From contig NC_092679.1 of the NCBI RefSeq assembly GCF_964355755.1, positions 2,634,201-2,698,200 of the forward strand: 64,000 nt of DNA, in the 5' to 3' direction. Shown in pieces: positions 53,701 to 64,000 of this stretch. Each line of letters starts with the position of its first letter. Position 1 is the stretch's first letter. A program made the translations under genes and the position numbers. Source of the stretch: Antedon mediterranea. Taxonomy: Eukaryota > Animalia > Echinodermata. The notes below the pieces were generated by a model. That model did no database searches. It was not told the DNA's origin and worked only from the letters and a program-made list of their open reading frames with translations.

Positions 53701-54092
53701 GTATTGTTTAATTTGCGAGAAAATCCTTTTTTGACCATTTCCTCCATTTGTTTTTGGTAAGCCGCACCATGCTCCTTATTCTTCTTCAACCTTTTCTCTA
53801 AACCATTTAGCATTTTAATTGCTTGGCCTCTGTTGTTGGGAAGTTGAGATGGATCTTTCGCCCATGGATAGGGAATCAACCACTGATTGCCAACTTTCGA
53901 ACTAGAGTCTTCAATTAGTTTCCCTTCCATGTCTTCTACTGCGCTAAGTCTTGCCTTACACTCACAATTTCCAACATCGACACCCATCGCTTCAACGGAC
54001 CAAAAGTTGTCTAAATTGACTGGTTTGCTTACTTTCACATTCATAACCTGGTTAAACCTTGCATCCTTCTGGTACCACCAAATACAGCCCAT
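50766..54092 (-). CDS. BEL/Pao Pol (RT, RNase H, integrase); its own ATG probably not used
   Basis: YLPHHAV, KGPDLLN, DISKMY, YMDD, FCDASEKAYG, IPRLELQAA, NPADDVSRG, GMDCWGP, YSDCGTNF, GGVWEREVKSVK. Confidence 0.95.
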   Translation of the reverse strand: MGCIWWYQKDARFNQVMNVKVSKPVNLDNFWSVEAMGVDVGNCECKARLSAVEDMEGKLIEDSSSKVGNQWLIPYPWAKDPSQLPNNRGQAIKMLNGLEKRLKKNKEHGAAYQKQMEEMVKKGFSRKLNNTEMKLYQGPVHYLPHHAVVRAENKSTPVRIVFNSANRCQGEAINEYWMKGPDLLNNLSGVLMRFREREVAVCGDISKMYHRVLIPEMDQHVHRYLWRDLNSDRDPDTYVMQVLTFGDKPAAAMAQTALRLTAKEGEEMYPRAAHVLKNETYMDDICVSVTTIEEAKTLTKQMDAVLGNGGFNIKEWISNKPLNNEERKDKEQKVLGVSWNYADDTLKVKVKLDDDITNAVVTKRKALGMIAQVFDPIGFLAPVVVKLKIKMQELWKSGVNWDEDLPNETQQEWRILLKELNNASEIKLPRCLTPDNSTDAQLIIFCDASEKAYGACAYLRWRLQDGLFKTRFVTAKSRVAPLKKLTIPRLELQAAVMAARMGKSITDESSLPLTDVLFFTDSMIVLGWLKKPSCCYKQFVGTRVLEIQNKTKPENWRHVSGVENPADDVSRGIPVTNLNGRWIRGPPFLQSPMHEWEQENLRVEDDDSEIKLVKFTGNVEIKQVRPEVEIDNCETWEEMLEVYRRRIYGDDSPALDVYKVRDIELLLLRRVQRECFAEELQLLRNGKGVQSNSRICNLDPMLEAENEVIRVGGRLRNVEKIDLDVHPILLDPKHRITKLLIRRADANVFNHSAGPNQVFAYLRRKYWILKGRSQIKSELSKCIECQKWRKGPETPKMAELPEARLRIGKPPFFSTGMDCWGPMMVKVRRSQEKRWGLVFKCMTTKAVHLEILHNMNTDAFIMAFRRFVSRKGVPKELYSDCGTNFRGAERELHECFKAMSPALQEKLAQQQVEFKFNPPNAPHFGGVWEREVKSVKNAIKCSLKDRVVTEVVLQTVIVEVEGLMNSKPLGYASSNVSDADPVTPNVLLMGRRDPSLPFSLVSPQEIKSKKQWRHSQLIIDLFWKKFVSEYLPSQQIRQKWDKETENLKEGDQVLVVDNQAQRGDWLTGEVLKVHPSADGRVRVADVKMKEKVYKRPVVKLIKLEEWKH

Positions 54093-55969
54093 CCCAATGG
54101 CGTCTTCAATGCCACTAGGCCATTAGTCTTCTTGGTTTCTCCGGTCATCAAATAGGCATGATCGACTCCAATTAAGATGTCTATCGGCCCACCTCGTCTT
54201 CTCAGAGTATTCTTCATATTAAAAAATTTCTCTAAATTTTTTATGTTGACACTGTTCACATCGTTGATGGTCAGCATTTCTAAGGCTTTGATGTTGTGAA
54301 CAGACGAATCCATTCCCTGCAACTTTATTTCACACAACCGTGACTCGAAGATTTCTTCCACGCCTCCTACTTTGGTTATTGCTGCAGCCACACTCTTTCC
54401 ACCAATCCCCAATTTGTTGGCGAAATCCGTTCTCACAAAAGTTCCCTGTGACCCAAGATCCAGCATAACGTTTGCCACATGACTCCCATTTTTCCCAATC
54501 ACTTCTACGTCTAGAACACACAGCAAAGGCTCCTTATCACCAATAACACTCACATGGCCGACACCAGCTTTCTTTGTTAAATGAAGAAGTTTGTGGTGAT
54601 ACCTGTTACAGTTGTTCTCGCCCATCTTTTCTCCACATACCTTTTTTCTTGAGCAATTACTCAGCCGATGGTTGCGTCCTGCTATCTTGAGGCAGGAAAA
54701 GCATGCATGATTAGATTTTGCCAGCTCGAATCGATCTTCTACTTTCATCTGGCTAAACTTCTCACACTCATCTGGCCAATGTGCATCAGACTTGCATATC
54801 CAGCACTTTGGAAACTTCTCTTTTGCAGAACTCTGTGAAGGAACTGAAGCATTAACGTTATTTACCTGGCGTTTCTTCTGTCTCGACTGTTGAACTTCAG
54901 CCGTAGCGTTGGTAGTGTTCCCAAACACTGGATCATTGATCTCCTTTGCCGATGCTTTGACAAACTTCACCACATCACTTAAGCCAGGTACAACTCCCTT
55001 TTCCTTCAGCTTGTAATTCGCTCCTTGCCATCGGTTCTGCAGGAATCTCGGCAACTTATCAATTATCTGCTTTAGACTACTCTGATTGTTAAGTTCATTA
55101 AGAAAACCTAAAGCTAACAGTGCTTCATGGCAGTTCTCCAGATCATCCGCAAAGTCGCCTAGCTTAGATGCATCAATTTTGGGCCGGTCCAATACTTTCC
55201 CAATCCATGCTTGCACAATAACGGCTGTGTTACCATATCTGTCTTTAAGAGTTTTGCAAGCTGATTGGTACCCTTCATTAGGGGGCTTCAATACACAATA
55301 CTGGATCGATTGTAACGCCTTGCCAGCGCACAAAGACATTAAAGTGTTTAACTTTACCTTGTCTTCTGGAATACCAGAGACAGTATTATTAAAGGAAGTA
55401 ATAAATGCATGGTAATACAGTGGATCGCCTTCGTACTGCCTTATTGGAGTCTGTGGCAAAGTTAATGCTTTAAACAGACTTACTAAAGTGTTATCTACGT
55501 TAGATACACCAGTACCACCACCACTAGAATCAGATGTATTATCTACATTATTAGACACATCATCGGATACACTAACATTAGGTATATTTTCTATCGGTAC
55601 ACTATCAGACACATTATTTGTTACATTACTTATAAGTACATCATCAGATTCATTATCTATAGATACGTTCTCTTGGATTACCTCATCCCTTGTTACTTCA
55701 AATCTTGCCATTGCGGTCATGAATTGATCCTGGCAGTGATTCATCCACTCTTGTTCTGTCTCGTATTCCTCTTCATCTTTTATCTTTTCGACCAAACTGT
55801 CATGGGACTCTTCTACAAGCTCAAACCGCGTCTTTGCTTTTGCCTTCGCAGTGGAAATCTCCGCTTCAGAAGCTTTCCTTTCCATTAAATGTGATAACTC
55901 GTTTATCACCCTCGTGAGGTTCCCCTTCCGGTTCCTCCTGTTTATCCGCAGTTGGTCAATCGTAGCCAT
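54041..55969 (-). CDS. BEL/Pao Gag plus aspartic protease
   Basis: Three Cys/His knuckles (CWIC..H..C, CFSC..H..C, C..C...HHKLLH), protease MLDLGS, DILIGVD, TPLGWAVFG. Confidence 0.93.
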   Translation of the reverse strand: MATIDQLRINRRNRKGNLTRVINELSHLMERKASEAEISTAKAKAKTRFELVEESHDSLVEKIKDEEEYETEQEWMNHCQDQFMTAMARFEVTRDEVIQENVSIDNESDDVLISNVTNNVSDSVPIENIPNVSVSDDVSNNVDNTSDSSGGGTGVSNVDNTLVSLFKALTLPQTPIRQYEGDPLYYHAFITSFNNTVSGIPEDKVKLNTLMSLCAGKALQSIQYCVLKPPNEGYQSACKTLKDRYGNTAVIVQAWIGKVLDRPKIDASKLGDFADDLENCHEALLALGFLNELNNQSSLKQIIDKLPRFLQNRWQGANYKLKEKGVVPGLSDVVKFVKASAKEINDPVFGNTTNATAEVQQSRQKKRQVNNVNASVPSQSSAKEKFPKCWICKSDAHWPDECEKFSQMKVEDRFELAKSNHACFSCLKIAGRNHRLSNCSRKKVCGEKMGENNCNRYHHKLLHLTKKAGVGHVSVIGDKEPLLCVLDVEVIGKNGSHVANVMLDLGSQGTFVRTDFANKLGIGGKSVAAAITKVGGVEEIFESRLCEIKLQGMDSSVHNIKALEMLTINDVNSVNIKNLEKFFNMKNTLRRRGGPIDILIGVDHAYLMTGETKKTNGLVALKTPLGWAVFGGTRRMQGLTRL

Positions 55970-56005
55970 CGTTGCTCTTCTCTGGTTAGCAGCAGTTAAT
56001 TGAAT

Positions 56006-57119
56006 TGTACAGAAAAGGTCGGACGACTACACACAGGTTAGCAAATGAGTAGATATACCACGGGAATAAGTTTGAGATGAATCTGTTTATTAAACGTCTC
56101 ATTCAATTCTACAAATAAATACAGAAAAGAATCATAAACAACCTTTAACCTTATACCATAGCATATAACCTCAATAATCATTTACAAATCTCCATACCAA
56201 CATTCAATCATAAATAAACTGTTAAAAGCATAATCAAATATAAACAATACTAAGTATTAAAATACAGATACAATAATGTTTCTCATACACTTGTCATTAA
56301 TGTTCTTGGTAACTTTCATCATAATACCACATTTTACATAGATTTTAACATGACTCACAACTTTGCCGGGCATAAATACTTCCAGATTATACAGCGTACA
56401 GTTTCTACAGTTACGTTCTCAGGTTAGCAAAAGCACATGAATAACTCCATAGCCTAAAACAATATAATTATATTCATTATGTATCAATATCCCTGCTTAA
56501 CTCATACGTATAAACAAACCTCCATTCAGAACAAAAAGCAACTCTGATCTATAAATAATGTTAACCTACAGCAAAGTTAAGTCGACGCGAGGTCAGATAC
56601 GAATCACTCATGCGTGACGGATCAAATTCAGAGTGAACATTCTTATGCAACCGGTCTATACCTAGAAATTCTAAGTTACATACATAGCATCTAAAGAATC
56701 AACATTATCATGTGAACCAATATATCGGATACTAAATTTAGCCTAAATATATTTTAGGAATATTACAAAATGTTTCGGTCTATCATCATAACAACCTTGT
56801 CTTATATAGTCTACCGTATCACTCAAAATGGCGGCTACCACGATGCAGCACATGTTCAAGATAAATCTCATAATTAAAGGCAAAATATCGTAACTATGAC
56901 TAAACAAATAGTATCACATAAATATAATAAACTTACATTTATCATTGTAATTTACACAAGCAATCGTACGGAACAGATCACGGAAATATAGACGGAATTT
57001 CCGGACAGCTCAATTACACATGTCTACAGTAACTCGACTATAGCTGAACTGTACCACACAACCGTAGGTGGCAGCAAATATTACTCGATCGTATATAAGA
57101 TTATCGCAATAATCCTACA
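56006..57119 (-). repeat. 5' LTR (1114 bp)
   Basis: Direct repeat of 49450-50563; contains TATA-like TATATAAG (~56801-56808, minus) and a YY1-like CAAAATGGCGGC. Confidence 0.96.
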
Positions 57120-57177
57120 ATGTCCATATATGGGCACATCAAATTTTTATGTCACAAAAAGTTTCATAGACAGAGCT
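57120..57177. mobile_element. MITE family A, right half
   Basis: ATGTCCATATATGGGCACATC...AGACAGAGCT-TTA completes the element begun at 49337. Confidence 0.85.
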
Positions 57178-57739
57178 TTATAACAAAATGTATACCTTCT
57201 TGAGATCTTCATGATTTCATCATTGTCACCGTCCTGCTCGTATTTTTCACACATGTCAAATAAATAAAAACATGAAATCAAATGAATGACAGTGGTGATC
57301 ATATGAATGAGAATTTGATAATGTCAGCAATGTGATAATGTCATCAACGATTGCAATGGCATGATAGTGATAAGGTTTACGGATTACAGTAATTGTTTGA
57401 CGTAAAATGTACAAAATACAACCATGAATGTTGATGGCTGAAATGGTGATGATGTAATACAATTAGTATATTTATTATGATATAATAATTGTTTACACAG
57501 CAAACTGTACATAAAAACTACATTATCTTCCCACTTAGATATAATATAATATATATTTATTTTCATTTTGTACATATGGAAATAAAAATGACGCAACAAA
57601 GCATCACAAACCTACAAGACTTTCTTAAAAACAAAATGAGTATAATTATTTCCACATTTTTTAAATACAAAAACCCTGTTTGCTGGTATAACAGCAGTAA
57701 AATGGCTAATTATTATATATAGTATATACAACAAACTCA

Positions 57740-58065
57740 TGAGGAAAGGGACAAATATAACGAGGAAAGGGACAAATATTAAAGGGACAAATATAACAGG
57801 GACAAACATAAAAGAGAAAGGGACAAATATTAAAGGGGAAAGGGACAAATATATAGGAGAAGGGACAAATATATAGGGGAAGGAATAAATATATAGGGAA
57901 AAGTGACAAATAGTAAAGGGGAAAGGGGCTGATAATAAAGAAGAAATTGACAAATAGTAAAGGGGAAAGCGACTGATATAAAGAGGAAAGTGACAAATAG
58001 TAAAGAGGAAAGGGACTGATATAAAGAGGAAAGTGACAAATATAAATGGAAAAGGGACAACTATA
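57740..58065. repeat. Purine-rich ~20-bp minisatellite
   Basis: GGAAAGGGACAAATATA-type units x~15. Confidence 0.88.
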
Positions 58066-58630
58066 AATTGAGTTGGGGTGTAAGCAGCATCGCAATAGTG
58101 TAAACAAGTTATACCATAAGAGAGAAAAAAAAAATTAGACAAATTATATTTTAAGTACATTATCATCAAAGCATGTTTCAATACGCATATGATATTCTGC
58201 AACATAAGACACTGTATGCAAATAGATATTGTAATAATATGTAAATATACACTCCTTATTAGGGCATTAACACCTGGTTTTAGGTTAATAATACTGTAAA
58301 TAATATATAAATATATTAACATTAAATAAAATATTTTCAAAGGCAAGTGTGTAAAATAATGAATATACAGTACATTAGGATATAAATATTTCTTTGTTAG
58401 CCATGATAAGTGATTACTTAAATGAATACTGTATCTTTTAGAATACATTATTGAGTTAGCAGCAGTAGAGAAAAGAAGACAAGTTAATTAACAATTTAAT
58501 TCAACCTAAATTGGGTGTGACCTCCATACTAAAGACATTAACATGACAATTTGCTACAGATGCCAACATGAAGCAGATGCCAGACTATTATTAAAATCAC
58601 TACTTAAACATCAGGTGATTAATAAATTAA

Positions 58631-58700
58631 TCATGTGACCAGTCATCATGTAACCAGTCATCATGTGACCAGCCATCATGTGACCAGTAATATGACCACA
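58631..58700. repeat. 15-bp tandem repeat
   Basis: TCATGTGACCAGTCA x~4. Confidence 0.8.
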
Positions 58701-60271
58701 CAAACATCATCATGAAAATAGAGTAATTAAAATAAAAGCGAGTTACTCATTTACATACTGAATTTGTATGTATTTGATTACTATAAATAAACCTGTTTTT
58801 GTTGTTACTGGCCGTTATATATATAATAATAATTATTAGATATTGTCGTCAAATAGTAAATAACTTTATATAAAACTAAAACTACAGAAAACATTCAAAT
58901 TGAGATGTGTTCCATATCTTTATGGAGTTGTTTTATGATTAAACATTAGAATACAATTTATACTGTAAAAAACAAAACAAGAGCATAAATTCTGCTTTTA
59001 AACTATATTATAACTGCCCTTAAAATAAATAAAACATTTTCCATTTACAGACTCTTAATTTTAAGCCGTAAAAGACCAACTTGCTAAAGTAAATATTCCA
59101 TCCATTTTTTTATATTATTAGGTAGACACTCACTTTATAAACTGTACTGCGATATATATACACAATACTTATCATATTTACAAAAATAAGCAATACTTAA
59201 AACTAAGCTTTTTGTTACTCTTAAAGGTACTAAAGTTTATGTATGTCGGAATAATTCTTAATTATCGTAACATATAATAGTTCTAATTAATTCATAGGTT
59301 TTATAAAAGACATATTTGGTTTCTATCTGGTTTATATCTTCTTTGTTTATCACATTTTATTTACATAACTGAATTTTGTAGCCTTTAATTCTGAGAATAA
59401 TGAGTTAATTAATCATGATTTTACTTTCGATTTGTAATGATCGATGACCTAACAAGGTCAGGTCAAACTCAGGTGATACAGGTCAGCCCTGTGACACAGT
59501 ACTAAAATACATATTTGTTTTTGTTGATGTACCACAATAAAAACTATTTACTTTGTATAACTGCAGCATTTTGATATTGGAATGGGTTAGATTATATTTT
59601 GGGTCATTACTTTATACAGCAGATACTCACTCACACCAATGCAAGAACGCACCATAGCAACATGACACGGTAAAACAACAGAAGTTAAAAACTTTTTTTA
59701 TCCTAATGATATTCAGCATGAGTGTAAAAAACTCCATCCCCATCCACCAATGAACCCTTGACGTAGAGATTTTGGCAGAGAATAACCAAACGCAGCATTC
59801 AGTCTTCACAAATTGGTATAAATTTGAAGAAAAAAAATGACATTTAAACACAGCCAAATGGCTAAAGTAAAATTATTATTGGTCATACAGTTTAAGAGAT
59901 AGAGTTTAAGAGATAGAGTAACACATTTTGGGTTTTGATTATGACACTGTCTCATTGCATTGCATTGGTTTGAATAGATTTAAAGTATGAATTTCACTCA
60001 AACATCACATAGGTTAGCAATCACACTTAAGAAATATGCACTTTTAAGAACTCAGTGCTTAACAATTCTCACTTACAGTTACACCCTGTATTTTCAAACC
60101 ACTTTACATATGGAAATAAGTGTCAACTTAAATATTTACAATGTTCTCTACACAGATTGTCCACTCAAATAGGACCCTTGAGTTCCAAACATTTTTAAAA
60201 TGTAACCCTAAATTAGTAAAACAATTAAAATTAATGTCTATATTGTATACTAATGTTCTCAAATAGATTAA

Positions 60272-60605
60272 AGATGTATTGTCCCCCAAAAACATGAAAA
60301 ATGAAGATTAATTAAATCAGAATTTAAATAGGTTATTTTGTAGTTTTAATAAAGTTAATCCCTTCTTAAAAAAAAAAACAAAAAAAATTATGTTTTCTCA
60401 TACAAAATGACAAAATAAATGGTCAAATTCAGCCAAAAACCCATTGGCTGGCAGCCAATTTGGCTATATTTTGCATAAAATTACAGTTTTTTCAGGTAAA
60501 TACATGCATTTTTCGATTCAATTTTTGTTCAAAGTGGATAACTATTATGTGACATTAAAATGGTATATTCAAACAAAATTTTTTTTTCAGGGAGACAATA
60601 CATCT
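60272..60605. mobile_element. Non-autonomous DNA transposon with TTAA TSD (Kolobok-like)
   Basis: TTAA-AGATGTATTGTCCCCC ... GGGAGACAATACATCT-TTAA; related fragments at ~575-737, ~8781-9150 and ~24500-24946. Confidence 0.72.
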
Positions 60606-61499
60606 TTAAAACAAATGAGCAGTCGCACTTTTATTCTAAACTGAGTAGTCCCATTTTACACTATCTGCACATCATCCATTCATAGCATACATGCATCTGT
60701 ACACACATTCATACACATTTTTTAAATCGTTTTTGTTTTAAAAGCTACTTTCAAGGTATGTAATTATCATAACAATTTAAAATAATGATAGACTATACAT
60801 TACGGTTGATAATAATGGTTAAAATTAATTAAAATATGGTTCCCACTATTAATGCAAAACTCAAATATACAAAATGCACTGACGTAAACAAAGACATCAT
60901 ATGCTCTATAGTGCGAACCAACCCTTACACATTGAGTATTAGTAGAAGCAAGTACATAGCCAGGTGGGGTTCAAAGAAACCCCCAACCTCCATTTTTTAA
61001 AGAAAAGCTTTTTATCAAACTAGAGATAAGCAGGGGAAGTGATGGTAACCTTCAGTAGCTAGCTCATGGAAATTTTTACTCTGTACAAATTCTGGCTACA
61101 TGCTTGGCATAAGTATGATATTTATCAATGCAATACAAGTACTTAATCCAATTTAATATTTATTCCCATTTATAAACCACTTCCCATGTAGCTGAAACAC
61201 AATAGCGCGGTTCTTTCTTGATTGGAGAACAATGCAAAATAAATTGCCTTTTAAATAGAGGATGCCATTATTATCATTGTCATTATTAATATTATTATTA
61301 CTGTATTATTAATATTATTCTATATTTAAATTCCTATACTTGAAACTTCTTTAAAAAGTTTTTATACATAAATGATTCAAGCTGAATTGATTTGTATTGC
61401 ATAAGAAAATCTGCTATTAATCCAGCACACAAGGTTTTAGGGACAATACAAAGAGATAGAGTAAAGTGCTTATAATAAGTCACACATATTGAAGTTGTT

Positions 61500-61788
61500 T
61501 GTGCCCAAATACGGTAGTGATTTGCCCAGATATGGTAGTGATATCATCGTGTACACAGGGGCGTTTCCAGCATTATAGATTAGGGGGGGGGGGGGCTAAA
61601 TATTTCATAAATGATAAAAATGATCCGGCAGGTTGCAGAAAAATAAAAATAGTCATTATTTTGTTTTAAAAAGTTAAATTTTAGAGGGGAGTTAAAGCCT
61701 GTTTAGCGCCCGCCTAAATCCGCGCCTGGTCCATATATGGGCACATCACATTTTTTGACACATAAAGTTTGATAGTGTAGACAGAGCT
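61500..61788. mobile_element. MITE family A copy interrupted by a CAGG...CCTG (hAT-like) MITE at ~61556-61728
   Basis: Family A sequence stops at ~61555 and resumes GTCCATATATGGGCAC at ~61728; the insert has imperfect TIRs CAGGGGGCGTTTCCAG / CTAAATCCGCGCCTG. Confidence 0.65.
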
Positions 61789-62044
61789 TAATACTATGAA
61801 TTAACTCATCACTGGGAAGAGTTAGGTAACCAGCTCTAATCAGATTCTATACATTTTACATTTTAGTATGTAATACAGCTAATAAAAGGCTAAATACTCG
61901 CATGATCCTTATACCATGAAACATACAAAAATGGCTACCTGAGCATTCACAAGGGAATGTTAAAAAAACACCCTCATTGAGCACCTGGGGCTGTCAAAAA
62001 ACTACCTCGGCATATCTTCACTGCCTACTGGAAAGAGAAACATC

Positions 62045-62282
62045 TTAATGCTTAATCCGCTTGAGATAGTTAAGACATCACTGGAATGGCTACTTGAGTT
62101 CCCTGCTAAATGAATCCGCTTGGAATACTAAAGACATCTCTAAGATGGTTACTTGAGTTCACTGCTAAATGAATCCGCTTGGAATACTAAAGACATCACT
62201 AGAATGGTTACTTAAGTTCCCAGCTAAATGAATCTGCCTGCAACACTCAAGACATTCCTGAGATGGCTACTTGAGCTCCTGG
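62045..62282. repeat. ~59-bp tandem repeat overlapping the stop codon of the right-hand gene
   Basis: AAGACATCACTGGAATGGCTACTTGAGTTCCCTGCTAAATGAATCCGCTTGGAATACTA x~3.5-4. Confidence 0.85.
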
Positions 62283-64000
62283 GGAAAGGTTAGGAGCAGA
62301 GTATGACACACATTCTTCTTTAATGACCCCTGACCCTCCTAAAAGTAGCATTTGTTCGCTTGCTGTCATCTTAGATGGTAAGGTCTGACACTTCAATCTA
62401 TTATTTCCTTGCTGTTCATACCTACCATCAATCGGTAAAGAGTTCAACCCTGACATTGTCTGATGCTTTGATAAATGCTGACTTGCTAACAAACTTGAGC
62501 TGTTATGCATGGAATGTATCTTATGGACATCCGAATCAATTGAACTGTGATTCACTAACGTTGTCAGCGATGTGTTGATGTCATTTGAATCAACGTTTAT
62601 TGTGACATCTTTGCCTGAACTTTGACTGCTAGGTGTCCGATATGGATCCGATTCTGTCCGGTATAATTCATTACTAGCTAAATTATCGTATGATTCTCCA
62701 CGTTGTTGGATTTGCATCAATAATAACGTGCGGTCGTTGCAGAGTGCGTTAAGAAACGGTGCTGTGGCGCCCTTTCCTTGGATTTCAGCTTGAATCTTTT
62801 GCCGATCGATGCTGGCTAATGGTCTCAATAGTGGAGACGCTCTTCTTCGGTCTTTTGTGTTTTCTTTTCTGTGAGTACAACGAAGGTCCTCTGGTTCATC
62901 ATCCTAGAAAAGAAAAAAGATTATAAGTATAAGTTATATTCTTCAATTTATCTTTAAATAATCTTGGACTAAGGCTGTACTGAATTTACAAAATTTGTAA
63001 GCACCCGTAACCAGTTTCTTTTATTCCAGTCAACCGTTTTAAACGGTGTGTACTCTGAAAATTTGGTAAGTCAATTCCAGCCTCTAAAGGCCCGCTAAAT
63101 CCAGACAGAGAGCAATTAAAATGAATAATTAATGAGAAAGTTATGCAGACATAATACCTAGAACTTCACGTTTTGTGCACTCTGCGTATGCTGAAAATTA
63201 ATTTATGAAATGAAAGGTGCAAGAGAGTTGAATACTATAACACCTACCTCATCATCAGATAATTCAGAATCACTAGCAGAACTTCTAAAACCACCAACTG
63301 AATTAACTGTTGTACCTAATGAGTTGCTTAGACCATGTTGCAGAGGAAGCTCTGGCACTGATATCGGGAAGTTGTTGTTACCTAATGAAAGAAAAAAAAT
63401 AGATTATTTATTTGTTTGTAATTTTTTTCATAAAATATCAAGTTTTACAATGATTAGTTTTTAATATAAAATATTTCATTTCTTTGTGTTTTGTATTTGA
63501 AGTTTATTAGTGGATTCAGATTAGGGCATAGAGAGTCACATGTTTCCGCAGCGGCCAAAACATAGTTATCGGTTAACTTTTTAATAATAAAGTGCGTATG
63601 ATTAGTCATTACCAATCACATCGCAACAATTTGTCCTTCAGGTCAAAGGTTAAAAATTATTGCATGTATCCGATTATTATCTGATTTAAATGAGATAATT
63701 ATTCGTTAATTTTTCGGGTTAAACCCTGTTTCTACAGGCAGTTGGTTAATTTTTATTGGTGAATTATCGGTTAATTTTGTTAGCGATAAAAGCGTACAAA
63801 CCTAATATGTTTTCTCTGCGAGTGAGCGTGCTATCGAGTTGTGTAGACGCCAGCATCGCAGATTTTGTTTTTTTCCTCAAAACCTCTTCTGGTATATAAG
63901 CTAAGTCATCATACTCATTCTCTGCTGTAGGGATATTTTAAAATAACATTAGAAAAAAAAATACAAATAAGATATCAAAAATGATGATGGCGTACCTGCT
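62247..64000 (-). CDS. 3' end of an unidentified protein-coding gene (Ser-rich C-terminus)
   Basis: Exons 63248-63381 (NNNFPISVPELP...SDSELSDDE) and 62247-62903 (DDEPEDLRC...RPLASIDRQKIQAEI...PFLNALCNDRTLLL...) splice in frame with GT-AG; next donor CAG|GTACGC at 63995. Confidence 0.75.

Larger units (their letters stand above)
49450..57119 (-). mobile_element. Full-length BEL/Pao LTR retrotransposon (7670 bp)
   Basis: TG...CA LTRs 49450-50563 and 56006-57119, TSD ATGTC (49445-49449; 57120-57124), PPT GGGGGGAG at 50564-50571, gag-PR-RT-RH-IN order. Confidence 0.97.

Noticed and set aside
57612-58448. 278-aa hydrophobic ORF and nested ORFs
   Set aside because: Translation of a pyrimidine-rich minisatellite and AT-rich DNA; no domain.

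Overview
AT-rich, intron-rich animal genomic DNA, probably a marine invertebrate; the taxon cannot be fixed from sequence alone. Left to right: CCT4 (minus, 13 coding exons, 529 aa) hosting five intronic C/D-box snoRNAs; a FAM161-family gene head-to-head with it (plus, 3 coding exons, 792 aa); XPO1/CRM1 (minus, 22 coding exons, 1074 aa) with a candidate poison exon; and a divergent six-finger ZNF410 orthologue (plus, 6 coding exons, 517 aa). Then comes a ~12 kb ORF-less block (35.2-47.1 kb) that looks like a densely spliced minus-strand non-coding transcription unit, with a TATA/octamer/CRE promoter and a recurring intronic G-tract motif. It is followed by a full-length BEL/Pao LTR retrotransposon (apparently identical 1114-bp LTRs, 5-bp TSD) nested in a Harbinger-type MITE, and the 3' end of an unidentified minus-strand gene. 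About 17 copies of one MITE family and many tandem repeats are present. Exon models were built by eye from GT-AG sites; each complete model sums to a whole number of codons. Family assignments rest on recalled motifs, not database searches.
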